Made by a program: the position numbers and the translations under genes. Shown piece by piece: positions 11,710 to 24,672 of a stretch of 64,000 bases of DNA. A model generated the notes under the pieces. That model did no database searches, was not told where the DNA came from, and was given only the letters and a program-made list of their open reading frames with translations. The stretch is from Octopus sinensis (lineage: Eukaryota), in NCBI RefSeq assembly GCF_006345805.1, contig NC_043024.1, positions 6,820,001 through 6,884,000 on the forward strand. Reading direction: 5' to 3'. Position 1 is the first letter of the stretch. The number at the start of each line of letters is the position of its first letter.

Positions 11710-12320
11710 TTGATGTAGGAGAGAGAGGGGGAGTGAGGAGGGGGAGCTGGGGAGGAGAGGGGGAAGAGCGAAGGGGAGGAGCAAGTGGCAGGAGAGAGAT
11801 AGGGAGGAGAGAGAGGGAGCAGGGAGAAGGAGGAGAGAGAGAAAGGAGGGAGCGAGGGGAAGGAGAAAGGAGGAGAGAGAGCAGGGAGAGATGAAGGAGA
11901 GAGACAGAGGAGAGAGAAGGAGATAAGTGGGATAAGAGAGGGGGAGGAGAGAGGGGAGGAGAGAGAGAGGGAGGAGAGAGAGATGGAGGAGAGAGAGAGG
12001 GAGGAGAGAGAGAGGGAGGAGAGAGAGAGGAATGAGAAAGAGAGGGTGGACATAGGTAACTGTGGTGGTGGCAATGTAGTGGTTTTGGTGGTAGTGGTGT
12101 TTGTGGTGTTGGTGGTGGTGATGGTGGTGGTGGTGGTGGTAGTGTTATAGTGGTGGTGTGATGGTGGGGGCGATGGTGGTGCTGGTGGTGATCTAGGTGG
12201 TCACCAGTGGTTGGAGTGGGGGAGGGATAATGATGTCGTCGTTGTTGTTGTTATTGTTGTTGTTATTGGTGGTGGTGATGTTGGTGATGTGGTGATGTTG
12301 GTGATGGAGGTGGTGGTGGG
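11710..12320 (+). repeat. (GGA/GA)n purine tract followed by a (GGT)n tract
   Basis: Direct reading; low complexity, G-rich on the + strand. Confidence 0.9.
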
Positions 12321-12559
12321 GATGTCAGTCAAATGAAGCTATCTTCTCCAGATTAGACAGTTTTGACATTTCAAATATTGCTGTTGTTGTCACAAATGTC
12401 AACCAGCAGTTTTGATTTCATAATTACGCAGGGGCATGCCGAGAATTCATAGTTTAGAGTGTGTACGGAGACGTGTTTGTTTGTTTATTGTGTGTGTGCG
12501 TGCATGTGTGTGTGTGTGTGTTGATCAGGGTCGGGGTGGTTGGGTGTATATGTGAATGC

Positions 12560-12594
12560 AGACAGGGTCATATCCACATCCCCAGTGCAAGAAT

Positions 12595-12629
<35 letters not shown>

Positions 12630-12763
12630 GTATGTATTTCTATCTCTTTTCAATATATATATATATATATACACCTACACACACACGTTTACATATACAT
12701 ACATACACACATATATATATATATATATATTCATACACACATATTTACATATGTATATATATG

Positions 12764-12800
<37 letters not shown>

Positions 12801-12834
12801 ATATATATAAATATATACATACACACATATTTAC

Positions 12835-12879
<45 letters not shown>

Positions 12880-12922
12880 TATGCATATGTACATATACAC
12901 ACATACATATATCATATATATA

Positions 12923-12968
<46 letters not shown>

Positions 12969-13287
12969 AATATATGTATGTATGCATGCATGTATGTAGG
13001 TATATATGCATGTATGTATGTATGTATGTATGTATGTATGTGTATGTATGCATGTGTGTGTATGTATGAATGTGTGTATATAATGAGCCAGCTACTGACA
13101 GAGAAAAGAATAACACTTACGTATGTCACTCACAGACATTGAAAATATAATGATGGGACGCACGCAAGTAGGTGAGCAGGGAAATTGACCAAGGCTATAG
13201 ACACACACACACACACATTCACATATGCAAACAGAATTACTCACACGTAGACACACACATATACTTAGACACACACATACGCACAGA

Positions 13288-13320
<33 letters not shown>

Positions 13321-13345
13321 ACACACACACACACACGCATACACT
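12560..13345. repeat. Compound (TG)n/(TA)n/(TATG)n/(CA)n microsatellite block
   Basis: Direct reading; source of many YIYI/VCVC pseudo-ORFs. Confidence 0.95.
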
Positions 13346-13894
13346 CACTCATACAATGAAAAAATGACAGAAATTGTTTTTTTTTTTAAATCAACCCTGC
13401 AGCAGCTTTTAACGAATTAACAAAAAAATATCAGCTTTGAAAGATTATAAAAAAATGGAGATTGTTTGAAGTAAAGGGTGTTGTACTATTGTTGTATGTC
13501 GGGTAGGCCCCCAGACGGAGCAAAAACAGGATGTAATGTCTACCAGAAACTGAGAAATTATTTAAGAGAATAACATGCTGCGGATATGGCTGTGTGGTTA
13601 AGAAACTCACTTTGCAATCATGTGATTTGGGGTTCAATCCCACTGCATGGCATCCTCGGGTGTCTTATAACATAACCCCAGGCCAACCAAGACAGAAATG
13701 TTGAGGAAGTCTATTGGCTCTCTCTCTCTCTCTTCTCCTTTCTCTCGCTCTCTCTCTCTCACTCTCTCTTCCTCCTCTTTTTCTCTCTCTCACTCTCGCT
13801 CACTCTCTCTCCTCTGTGTCTCTCTCTTCTCTCTCTCTCTCCTCTCCCTCCCCTCTCTCTCTCCCTTTCTCCCTCTCTCTCTCTCTTTCTCTCC

Positions 13895-14790
13895 CTCATC
13901 ATCATCATCATCATCATATTCGTTTATCATCCGCTTTCCATGCTCGCATGGGTTGGACGGTTTGACTGAGGACTGGCAAGCCAGAAGGATGCACTAAGCT
14001 CCAGTCTGATCTGGCAAAGTTTCTATAGCTGGATGCCCTTCCTAACGCCAACCACTCTGAGAGTGTAGTGTGGGATTTTATGTGCCACCGGCATGAGGGC
14101 CAGTCAAGCAGTTCTGGCAAAGACCATGCTCAAAAGGTGTTTTTTACGTGCCACTTGCACGGGATCCAATCCAGCGGCACTGGCAACAACCGGTGTGTAA
14201 GAGAGATGACTGTGCTGGTATGGTCATGCGATGCATATGGACAAGGACAGCTGTGTAAGAAAGTGCCCATCTCTAACTATGGAGGGAACCTGTGAAAGTG
14301 GTAGACCCAGGAAGACATGGGATTTGGTGGTGAAGCATGATCTTTGAACATTGGGCCTCATGGAAGCAATGACAAGGGAGTGAGACCTTAGGCAATATGC
14401 TGTGCTTGAGAAGATTTGTCAAGCCATAAAAAACCATATTCATGGCTGATGCCAGTGTCATATAACAGGTACCCATGCCTGAGGCATGTAAAAAGCACCC
14501 TTCAAACATGGGGCCTCATGGAGGCAAGGATAAGTGACCAAGACTTTTTGTGATATGCTGTGCATGAGAAGAGTTGCCAATCGAAGGGAAACTGTTGTCA
14601 TGGCTGATGCTGGTGCCATGTAACTGGCATCCATTACACACTTGGAGTGGTTGGCATTAGGAATGGCATCCAACAGCAGAAACCATGCCAATCAGACTGG
14701 AACCAGGTGCAGATCTCTAGTTTACCAGTTTCAGTCAAACAGCCAAACCCATACCAGCATGGAAAGCAGATGCTAAATGATGATGATGAT
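13895..14790. mobile_element. Head-to-head RTE 3' ends (- copy 13895-14190, + copy 14190-14790 including the degraded ORF end)
   Basis: 14190-14420 aligns to 730-960 (GTAGACCCAGGAAGACATGGG); both copies end in (GAT)n pointing outward. Confidence 0.8.
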
Positions 14791-14819
14791 GATGATGATA
14801 TGTATAAAACAAATATACA

Positions 14820-15205
14820 ATAGGCGCAGGAGTGGCTGTGTGGTAAGTAGCATGCTTACCAACCACATGGTTCCAGGTTCAGTCCCACATCTTGGGCAAG
14901 TGTCTTCTACTATAGCCTCGGGCCAACCAAAGCCTTGTGAATAGATTTAGCAGACGGAAACTGAAAGAAGCCCATTGTATATATGTATATATATGTGTGT
15001 GTGTATGTTTGTGTGTCTGTGTTTGTCACTCTAGCATTGCTTGACAACCGATGCTGGTGTGTTTATGTTCTCGTCACTTAGTGGTTCGGCAAAAGAGACC
15101 TATAGAATAAGCACTAGGCTTCCAAACAATAAGTCTCGGGATCGATTTGCTCGACTAAAGTCAGTGCTCCAACATGGCCACAGTCAGATGACTGAAACAA
15201 GCAAA
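14820..15205 (+). mobile_element. tRNA-SINE family A, full length
   Basis: Same architecture as 8276-8698. Confidence 0.88.
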
Positions 15206-15699
15206 GAGAGAGAGAGAGAGAGAGAAAATCACATCTTTAATTGCAGAATTCACTATACAAAGCCAACGATCATTTCTGTTGCATCAACAAAAATAGATAT
15301 AGAAAATATCATTCAAATTAATATATCTGAAAATACATGTTAACCACAACGTTCTCAAGGCGATCCAAAATTAGCTAAATTCAAAGTGAACTAAGGAGAT
15401 ATCTCCTGCATACCAAAAGAATGTTAAGAAAAAAATATAATCTAAGAAAAGCTATTTTTGTATTCAACTCTTAATGTCAGTGGATTTTGTAATCCCTTTT
15501 TGTATTATTTATATATATATATATATGTAAATTAGACAAAAACCACCTTTTGTCAATTCAAAATGAACAATTAAATTACACCATCTAGAAAACTACATAT
15601 AATAGAAATATTAAATATAAAATAACAATAATATACTGATGATTAAATAATGTGCAAAATAATAAATAAAACGTATATATTCATGAGAATTCACAAAAA

Positions 15700-15865
15700 A
15701 AAAACAAAAGACAAAGACAGGTGGTGTAGACAACAAACAGATGTATTCGTATAATGCTCGGGAAATGAAAAAGTCTTTAATGTTTCGAGCCTACACTCTT
15801 CCCCAGAAAGGAACACAAAAAGAAACAAGGAGAGAAAATAAAGAATGTGTAGAGGCTACTGATCT
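15700..15865 (-). mobile_element. Hammerhead-bearing repeat, same family as 18440-18920
   Basis: Minus strand: cttt-CTGGGGA-agag-tgtagg-ctc-GAAA-catt-aaag; flanks align with 18460-18600. Confidence 0.6.
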
Positions 15866-16524
15866 ATCATGGTGAATGCCGGACAGAAGGGTCAAACAGG
15901 AGAGCTAGGGAGAAAGGGAGATAATAAAGTAGTGGTGATCCTAAAACGAAGGTGCGCATGTGTGTATATAAGAGAGTTTGTATGTGCATGTGGAAGAAGG
16001 CTGGTGATCTTGACGTGTGCATGTGTAGGGAAGGATAGGGAAGGTGGAGGTGGAATGTGTAGGGGTGGGTGGGCTTACGAGGGAGGGGTGACGATGAAGG
16101 GGCAGGGAGTAGGTGGGTAGGAGTGAAGAGAAGAGAGGAGACTAGGAGTGAAGAGAAAAAGTAGCAGCTGGAGCAAGAGAGGAGAGGTGGGTGGGTGGGA
16201 GGAAGTAGGTGTGAAGGGAGAGAGACGAGGCGAGGAGGTTAGATGAAGAGGGGAGGAGAGTTGAGCCCATGTGGTGCAAAGGAGCAAAGAGAGAAGATTA
16301 ATATATATGTATATGATGGCTGCAAACTCGTGCTTGAGTATTTCCATCACCTGATCAAAAGTCCCACACATGCGAAGGCGTCGACCAGCCATTTTTGTGA
16401 CGGATCTTACTTTATTTTTTCAAGAGATGCCTGTGCATGATGGCTTTTTCTATTGTGGGAAAAGGATTTGCACAAACCCAATTCCACTCCCTGAACATGG
16501 ACAACATAAACTTGAAAAGAAGAA

Positions 16525-17036
16525 CACTGGGGTCGATATAATCAACTAGTCCCCTGCCCCAAATTCGAGGTTTTGTGCCACCAGTGGAAAGGATTATTGT
16601 ACCATACTGTTTTATTGTTGTATTCCATATTGTTTCAGCCATTAATACTATAAATATTTCACCGGTACTTAATTTATTGACTCCAAAAGAATGAAAAGCA
16701 AAGTCGACCTTGGTGGAATTTGAACTCAGGATGTAGCAACGGGTGAAATACCTATTTCTTTATTACCCACAGGGGTTAACATAGAGGGGACAAACAAGGA
16801 CAGACATAGGTTTATGTCGATTACTCGACCCCAGTGCGTAACTGTACTTAATTTATCGACCCCGAAAGGATGAAAGGCAAAGTCGACCTCGGCGGAATTT
16901 GAACTCATCACATAACAGCAGACGAAGTACCGCAAAGCATTTCGCCCGGTGGCTAACGCTTCTGCTAGCTCGCCGCGGTGAAATACCGCTAAGCATTTCG
17001 TCCAGCATGCTAACGATTCTGCCAGCTTGCCACCTT
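16525..17036 (-). mobile_element. Family B SINE nested inside another family B SINE
   Basis: Inner copy ~16753-16975 is flanked by an 11-bp duplication (GGTATTTCACC on the minus strand). Confidence 0.8.
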
Positions 17037-17154
17037 CCATATGGTACAATAATGATGAATATAAATAATGTGGGTGGAATATATTAAACGTTTTAGTCCA
17101 TTGTTTATTCTGTTCTTTCCAGAATCTCAATTCAGAGTATGCAACAAGCTAGCA

Positions 17155-17523
17155 TTTTTATCTTTGCCTTAGAGGTATTGTTTTCAGTCATGTTTGTTTG
17201 TTTGTCTGTGGACAAGATATCTCAAGAACCACTGGATGGATCCAGATGAAACTTTCAGAGATGTTTGGCCTTGTGACTGGCATGAACTGATTAAATTTTG
17301 GGATTGATCCAGTACCGGACAAGTATTTTGGATTACTTTTCTGGTCTTTTTTTTCTTTTACATAATTTTTGAGAGTGGTCAGGTTCATTTTTAGTATTCT
17401 CATTTGTGAGAGCAGTCGAGTTTATTTTCAGATATTCCCATTTTAAAAATCCTCTCTGGCTAATCTTTGAGAGGACGTTGGTGTTGCTTTGGTGGAGGTT
17501 TGTGCTCTCTGAGTGCTCTTGTT
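17155..17523 (+). mobile_element. Helentron-associated (HINE/DINE-like) non-autonomous element
   Basis: Starts T-rich ATCTTTGCC..GAGGT, has (GTTT)n GTCTG then GATATCTCAAGAACCACTG, and ends GGTGGAGGTTTGTGCTCTCTGAGTGCTCTTGTT; layout resembles HINEs with subterminal inverted repeats (from recall). Confidence 0.6.
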
Positions 17524-18075
17524 ATTTTGTTGTTTTTGTAATAAAAGAAGGTCGTCATTATATGAAATGGTGTCTAATTGAGGTAACGAGCTAAAGAGGA
17601 TAAGTGTTCTTTTCCCGATCTGTCCCAATTAACCAGATTTATTCTGTGCATGTCTGTACGTGTGGGTGTGGGGGTGTGCACGTGTGTGTGTGTGTGTGTG
17701 TGTGCATGCGTGTGTGGGAGTGTGTGTGCACATGTATATATATATATGTATATATTTATGTATACACACACACATCCATATATAAATACACATATATAGG
17801 CACATAGATATATATATATATATAAACATACATATACATACAAATATGTACATACACACACATGTATATACAAACAACATATACATATATACATATATAT
17901 ATATACATATATATACATGTGTGTGTATGTGTGTATATATATCTAGATATGTAGATACATAGATATATATACACATACATATACACATATATATACATAC
18001 ACACAACACACATATACACACATATACATGTGTATAGAGGGAAAAATAACGAAAGTTCACTCAAAGTTAGATTAC

Positions 18076-18156
18076 TTATGAACGCGTGTCTGGGTTAGTT
18101 AGATATAGAGATGCTAGAAATACATCCCTATTCTAACATTCCCGTCATCAGCACAA
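18076..18156 (-). ncRNA. Degenerate type-I hammerhead
   Basis: Minus strand: ttgtg-CTGATGA-cggg...ccca-GACA-cgcg-tt-cataa. Stem I is 5 bp; stem III is palindromic ACGCGT; GAAA is mutated to GACA. Confidence 0.55.
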
Positions 18157-18286
18157 AGGTTTCATTAAATTTTAATTTGAGAGCAATAAAAATCGAACAT
18201 GCCCATCTGATTTGAGATATATCAATAAGATAAGAAAATAGAGAGACAATTGATAAATTGTTATTTATTAATTAAAAAATTGACAA

Positions 18287-18375
18287 CATCTCTTACAGCT
18301 GTTTCAATTCTAAACGTTCAGAAAATTAATTAATAACATTGAAAATCATTTGAAAGTCGAATCTCATCAGACACA
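18287..18375 (-). ncRNA. Hammerhead core with damaged stem I
   Basis: Minus strand: tgtgt-CTGATGA-gattc...gaatt-GAAA-cagctg-ta-agaga. Core, stem II and palindromic stem III are intact; stem I pairs at 3 of 5. Confidence 0.6.
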
Positions 18376-18439
18376 GTTTAAGAAATAAAAAACAGGGGGT
18401 TCAATTCCTGCATGTTGAGTCTATGTAAATATATTGATC

Positions 18440-18694
18440 ACTATCCACTACACATTCTTTATTTTCTCTCCTTGTTTCTTTCTGTGTCCCTTTCTGAGGA
18501 AGAGTGTAGGCTCAAAACATTAAAGACTTTTCACATCCCAAGCGTTAAACTAATACATCTGTTTGTTGTCTACACCACCTGTCTTCGTCTTTTGTTTTTT
18601 TTTTAATTCTCCGTATATATACACACACACATATATATATACATACACAAATATATATTTATATATATACACACATATATATATACACACACAC

Positions 18695-18725
<31 letters not shown>

Positions 18726-18915
18726 ATATATACATATATATTTTTTCCTCTGTCTTCCCTTCTTTGGATCTTTCCTTCTCCTATGTTTCCAACGAAGAGC
18801 TCCGCTCGAAGCGTTAAACCCTCCTTCTTTCCTTCTTTCCTGAGCGTCCAATAATACTATATTTGTTCCATGTCCTCGCGTTGTTGTGTTTTTTTTTGTG
18901 CTTTCTTGTTTGGAT

Positions 18916-18920
<5 letters not shown>
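18440..18920 (+). mobile_element. Repeat carrying two tandem degenerate minimal hammerheads
   Basis: 18489-18525: ccttt-CTGAGGA-agag-tgtagg-ctc-AAAA-catt-aaag. 18785-18819: gttt-ccaacga-agagc-tcc-gctc-GAAG-cgtt-aaac. Confidence 0.6.
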
Positions 18921-18954
<34 letters not shown>

Positions 18955-18955
18955 G

Positions 18956-19180
18956 TATTGAGAAAAACAGTCATCAGAATTTTGGGAAAAATCCTTTTAT
19001 TTCTTCATTATTATTAGCGCTTTCATTCCCCTCTAGAACTTGTCAAATAAAATTTAGTGAATGTACAAACAGCTTGTTCGTACATTCACAAAATTTTAGA
19101 AAGGAATGAAAGCGCTAATAATAACGAAAAAATAAAAGGATTTTTTTCCAAATTTCTTATGCCTTCTTTCTCAATATTCA
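18956..19180. repeat. Imperfect foldback palindrome
   Basis: Arm AAAATCCTTTTATTTCTTCATTATTATTAGCGCTTTCATTCC is mirrored by GGAATGAAAGCGCTAATAATAACGAAAAAATAAAAGGATTTT. Confidence 0.85.
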
Positions 19181-19279
19181 ATTTCTGTACATCACACCTA
19201 ACACTCTATACATATATATATATATCAGTTAGAAAATATTTAAGTTGGGAAACACATGTAGTGGATATAAATAGAGAAA

Positions 19280-19450
19280 GAGATAAGATGAAAACACACA
19301 AGATTTGTTTTACAGGATTTAATAGAAAATTAGTCATGATAATAAAGATACACAATTTTGTACAAAACTGTATGATATCTTTATTATCATGACTCTAATA
19401 TACTCTTAAATCCGCTAAAACAAATCTTGTGTGTTTTTTCATCTTATCTC
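19280..19450. repeat. Foldback palindrome, ~70-bp arms
   Basis: GAGATAAGATGAAAACACACAAGATTTGTTTTA... is mirrored by ...TAAAACAAATCTTGTGTGTTTTTTCATCTTATCTC. Confidence 0.88.
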
Positions 19451-19575
19451 TCTCTCTCTCTCTCTCTCTCCCTCCATATATATATATATGTATATATATA
19501 TAATTTGAAAACCAAGAGGAGGGTGAAGATTTATTTACGTCCAAAGTGTTTCTATTAAAAAATTTTACTACAGGC

Positions 19576-19877
19576 AATAATAAATCTCAGAGCGAGTTAT
19601 AAACAGTAGCTACAACACATCGTGACGTATATTTGCCATTTAAATATGGCTAACCCCTAAGGGTAGATGCCACTGTAGTCAATACCCAGAAACTCGAGTC
19701 CGTGTGTATCATAAGTTGAAGACGGAAAGGATGGCTTCCCTTTGCAAATACTGATAGGGCACAGAAAGTGTGTCTATAGCCAGCTGGAGGAGGTGTCATC
19801 ATGGGGCTACAAACTACAGTAGCATCCACCCTTAGGGGTTAGCCATATTTAAATGGCAAATATACGTCACGATGTGT
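19576..19877. mobile_element. Foldback element, same family as 27495-27839, left arm internally deleted
   Basis: ~65-bp inverted arms at 19615-19680 and 19812-19877; the rest aligns to the right arm of the 27.5 kb copy. Confidence 0.85.
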
Positions 19878-20293
19878 TTTCTACAGCATATATAACAATG
19901 ACCAACGTATGTTTCTACTGCAGCAACTGCACATTGCTCTGTATTCAATTATGCGTCCTAGTCACTGCAATTTCATCAAGGGTCCATCACTTATGACATT
20001 TTCAAAGTAAACTAATTCAAACAAGCTTCCTGTGTTGGTATTCAGTTGAAGGTTATAGCGTTATTATTTGAATTGAATTGAATTCTGGTCTTATAATCCC
20101 CTTTGCTGGTATTACAGTTGAATCTTGGTTTATAAAATGTTCATTCAAATTACAATCAATTCTAGCAGTTTTGTTTACATTTAACTGTATGGAGTACATT
20201 ATTTAATTCAGAGATATTAATTACACTTATTTATTAAATAATATGTGTGTGTATGTGTGTTTGTATGTATGTCTGTCTGTCTGTCTGTCTGCC

Positions 20294-20324
<31 letters not shown>

Positions 20325-20559
20325 ATGTATATGTGTGTGCTTGTGTCTTTGTATATGTGCTTCCCACACCCCCATTGTCACTTGACAACCTATTGGAGTG
20401 TTTACATTTCCATAACTTAGCTGTTTAGCAAATGAGAATGATAAAATATATACCAGAGTTGCAAAAGATAAGTACTAAGCTCAACTTGTTCAGCTAAACC
20501 CTTGAAGGAGGTGCCCCAGCATGGCCACAGTTCAATGACTGAAACAAGTAAAAAATAAA

Positions 20560-20612
<53 letters not shown>

Positions 20613-20613
20613 T

Positions 20614-20671
<58 letters not shown>

Positions 20672-20683
20672 CCACATGAGTGG

Positions 20684-21070
20684 CTGTGGAAAGTAGCTTG
20701 CTTCCCAACCACATGGTTCCAGGTTCAGTCCCACTGCATGGCACCTTGGGCAAGTGTCCTCTACTATTGCCTTGGGTCAACCAAAGCCTTGTGAGTGGAT
20801 TTGGTAGATGGAAACTGAAAGAAGCCTGTTATATGTGTGTGTGCGTTTGAGTGTGTGTGTTTGTGTATGTGTGTTTGTGTGTGTGTATTTATCTGTGTGT
20901 GCCTATGTTTGTCCCCCTCCACCATTGCTTGACAACTGATGTTGGTGCGTTTATGTCCCCATAACTTAGCAGTTCGGCAAAAGAGACTTATAGAATAAGT
21001 ACTAGGCTTACAAAGAATAAGTCCTGGGGTCAATTTCTTCAACTAAAACCCTTTAAGGTGGTGCTCCAGT
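20684..21070 (+). mobile_element. tRNA-SINE family A
   Basis: Head, linker and tail as in 8276-8698. Confidence 0.85.
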
Positions 21071-21073
21071 AAA

Positions 21074-21413
21074 TAGATTAATCAGCAGATCGAGTGGACC
21101 ACATTTAAAGCTTGTTTATTGATACAATGCAGGACATAACAAAGCTAACAGCTGTTTCGGGTCAGATTCCCAGAATGCAGTCAATACATAAATGCGAGAA
21201 CAAAATTCTTCATATTCATCAGGCATTCGAATTAAGGCAACCGATCTTCATGCCTTAATTTGAATGCCCTATGAAGATGAACTTTATTCTCACATTTATG
21301 TATTGCCTGCATTCTGGGAATCTGATCAGAAACAGCTGTTAGCTTTGTTATGTCCTGCATTGTATCAATAAACAAGCTTTGAATGTGGTCCACTCGATCT
21401 GCTGATTAATCTA
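21074..21413. repeat. 340-bp foldback with hammerhead core motifs in its arms
   Basis: ~165-bp arms, loop ~21240-21250. On the minus strand the left arm has CTGATGA (21222-21216) and GAAACAGCTGTT (21158-21147); stems I and II do not pair cleanly. Confidence 0.85.
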
Positions 21414-21611
21414 TGTTTTTCTCCATTTTCTAATTAATTGCATTGGCTCCTGATAAACTTTTGTTTATCCTATTGTCACCTGTGCTCAACGTATATGGCG
21501 TCCTTGCATACCACTGACTGGGTACAACACAGGTAATGGATATTGATAGTATATACAGATGTTTTATCCCTTAGTTGGTTACTACAACTGCTAACTCTAT
21601 TTATTTAAGTA

Positions 21612-21665
<54 letters not shown>

Positions 21666-21718
21666 TTATATATAAGTATAAATACATATATATACATGTA
21701 TGTATATATATATATATA

Positions 21719-21809
<91 letters not shown>

Positions 21810-21813
<4 letters not shown>

Positions 21814-22030
21814 CTTTACTACCCACAAGGGGCTAAACACAGAGGGGACAAACAAGGATAGACAAACGGATTAAGTCGATTACATCGACCCCAGTGCGTA
21901 ACTGGTACTTAATTTATCGACCCCGAAAGGATGAAAGGCAAAGTCGACCTCGGCAGAATTTGAACTCGGAACGTAACGACAGACGAAATATGGCTACACA
22001 TTTCGCCCGGCGTGCTAACGTTTCGCCCAT
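21810..22030 (-). mobile_element. Family B SINE
   Basis: Deu/Nin core and TAAAGAAATA tail on the minus strand. Confidence 0.88.
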
Positions 22031-22156
22031 GTGTTTGTATGTGTGTGTGTACACACTTTTCACACTTTCTCTGTTTCTTCCAAATACAAATAGATGAGAA
22101 AGAGAGAGAGAGAGAGAGAGGAAGATGGGATGGGAGTATATCAATATATCTATATC

Positions 22157-22212
<56 letters not shown>

Positions 22213-22744
22213 GTAAATGTATGTATGTATAAATATATGTATGTATGTATGTATGTGTATATATGTGTAGAAAGAGAGTGGGGGAGACAGGTCGGCAGAT
22301 AGGCAGCTAGTCAAAATATACCATTATTTTCACTATAACTGCCATTCAACTGATGTTTTGTGTGAGTGTGTATGTGCGTGTGTATTGGTGTGTGAGTGTG
22401 TATACATGCATGAATGTGTGTGTGTATTTAGTGTATCCACGTTAATTGTTGTTTACGTCATCTACAAGGCTAAAGTGAATATAAAACAGCTGAAGCAAAA
22501 CATTCTTAAGAAATACATATTTTAGGTTTATTCATAATTGTTTTACATACACACACACACACACAACACAACACACACGCACACACATGCATTGACACTT
22601 TTACACACGTATATATTATGTATCATACATGTCACACATTTTATGATTTCACTGAGGTGTAATGATACTGATAACTAGATATTAAGATTTAAAAGGCTTC
22701 TGCTTAAGAGCAAAGTGTCAGGAGAGTGCAGAGCATAATATCCT

Positions 22745-23335
22745 TTTCTACTCAAAGCACAAAGCCCGAAATTTTGTGGGAGGGGGCCAGTCAATTAGAT
22801 CGACCTCAGCACACAACTGGTACTTAATTTATCGACCTCGAAAGGATGAAAGGCAAAGTCGACCTTGGCAGAATTTGAACTCAGGACACAAAGGCAGACG
22901 AAATGCTGCTAAACACTTGACCAGCTTGCTGCCTTATAGCTTAGAAATATTCTTTTCTACTCAAGGCACAAGGCCCCAAATTTTGTGGGAGAGGGGCAGT
23001 CGATTAGATTGACCCCCAGTGTGCAACTGGTACTTAATTTATCGACCCTGAAAGGATGAAAGGCAAAGTCGACCTCGGTGAAATCTGAACTCAGAACACA
23101 AAGGCAAATGAAATGCAGATAAACACTTGACCAGCTCGCTGCCTTATAGGTTGGAAATATTCTTTTCTACTCGAGGCACAAGGCCCGAAATTTTGGGGGA
23201 GGGAGCCAGTCGAATAGATCGACACCAGTATGCAACTGGTACTTAATTTATTGACCCCAAAAGGATAAAAGGCAAAGTCAACCTCAGTGAAATCTGAACT
23301 CAGAACGTAACGGCAGACGAAATATTTCTGGCAGC
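22745..23335 (-). mobile_element. Three tandem head-to-tail family B SINE units (~205-bp period)
   Basis: TTCTTTTCTACTC.AGGCACAAGGCCC.AAATTTT...AAAGGATGAAAGGCAAAGTCGACCT recurs three times. Confidence 0.85.
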
Positions 23336-23407
23336 TCGTTACCTTGCAAAGCAATATCAATTAATGAATGACAGCATTGGAAAATGGAGAACAATAACCC
23401 TGTAATA

Positions 23408-23890
23408 TTGAACCCTTCAGTATTTAAACTAGCCATATCTGGCCCAAATATTCTACCTGCTTTATGTTCCAACTGGTCAGATCAGGTCCCTCACATCTAC
23501 CCTACAATGTCATTCTGAAAATAAACATTTACAACATCAGAATCTCAAAGCTATGAAATAATGCATGATTAATTCAAAGCAATGTGAATAAATTAGCATT
23601 GCATTTGACAGAATAATATGAATGCTAAGGGGTTAATCTGGCCATATCCAGCCCAAATATTCTACATGTTTTGTGTTCAAAATGGCTAGATTTGACCTCT
23701 CGCACCTACTCTACAATGTCATTCTAAAATTAAATATTCACACCATCAGAATTTTAAAGCTAAAACACAATGCATAATTGATTGAAAATAATGTGACTAA
23801 ATAAGCATTATATTTGACAGAGAAATCTGAATGCTAAAGAGTTAACCTGGCCATATTTGGCCTAAATATTCCGCTTGTTTTATCTTTCAA
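23408..23890. mobile_element. Tandem piggyBac-like (TTAA) MITE units
   Basis: ~210-bp units ending AATGCTAA(A/G)G(G/A)GTTAA at 23637 and 23845; same family as 24673-24865 in the opposite orientation. Confidence 0.65.
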
Positions 23891-23930
23891 GTGTGCAAAG
23901 AAAATGGTAATGATAATATCCACATATCTA

Positions 23931-24490
23931 TTCGGTTGTCCGGGAAGTTTGTGCTGATTTTTAAAAGAAAGAAAAAAGTCAATAAGTACTTGCCATTACA
24001 ATCAACCAAATATGAACCATTTTGTTGCCCAATGCATCTCCATCTTTCCTTTAACTCGAAAATACCCTCCTCCCAGAATTGAGGTGGTTTCATGGCAAAG
24101 ACTTCATCAAGGTATCTTTTTACATCATCCAAGGAATTGAAATTTTTACCCTTAAGAATATTCTGCAGAGACCTGAATAAGTGGAAATCCGAAGGAGCAA
24201 TATCTGGTGAATATGGAGGGTGGGGTAACACATCCCGGCCAAGCTGCAGCAATTTTTGTCTGGTTCCCAAAGCATCAAGTGCCGAAAACGAACTTTCTTA
24301 TCTTCCATTTTAAAGGGTTACAGAATTAACACAGGTTATAGGAACATCAACCTTCTTCCTCGAAAAGATAGCTTAAACTCTGCTCTAAATGGAGGTGTAG
24401 TGAAATCCTATTTTATGGACTCAACCATGTTCAAAAATAAGTCAAAAGGTAAGCTACTATAAATCGGCACGAACTTTCCGGACAGCCCAA
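23931..24490 (-). mobile_element. Internally deleted mariner with both TIRs and TA target duplication
   Basis: TIRs TTCGGTTGTCCGGGAAGTTTGTGCTGATTT and AAATCGGCACGAACTTTCCGGACAGCCCAA, each flanked by TA. The minus ORF reads VLPHPPYSPDIAPSDFHLFRSLQN...ERW...NGSY. Confidence 0.93.
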
Positions 24491-24672
24491 TATAATCCAT
24501 ATACATGATGTTCAGGCTAAGTTTGACAGTTTGCATGAAAGGAAAAGTAAAGAATATTGATGATGTGACTGTTTATTTTTGAATGACATTGTAAGGTAGG
24601 TGTGAGAGGTCAGATCTGGTTGGGTTGAACATAAAACAGGGAGAGTATTTGGACTGGACATGGCCAGTTTAA

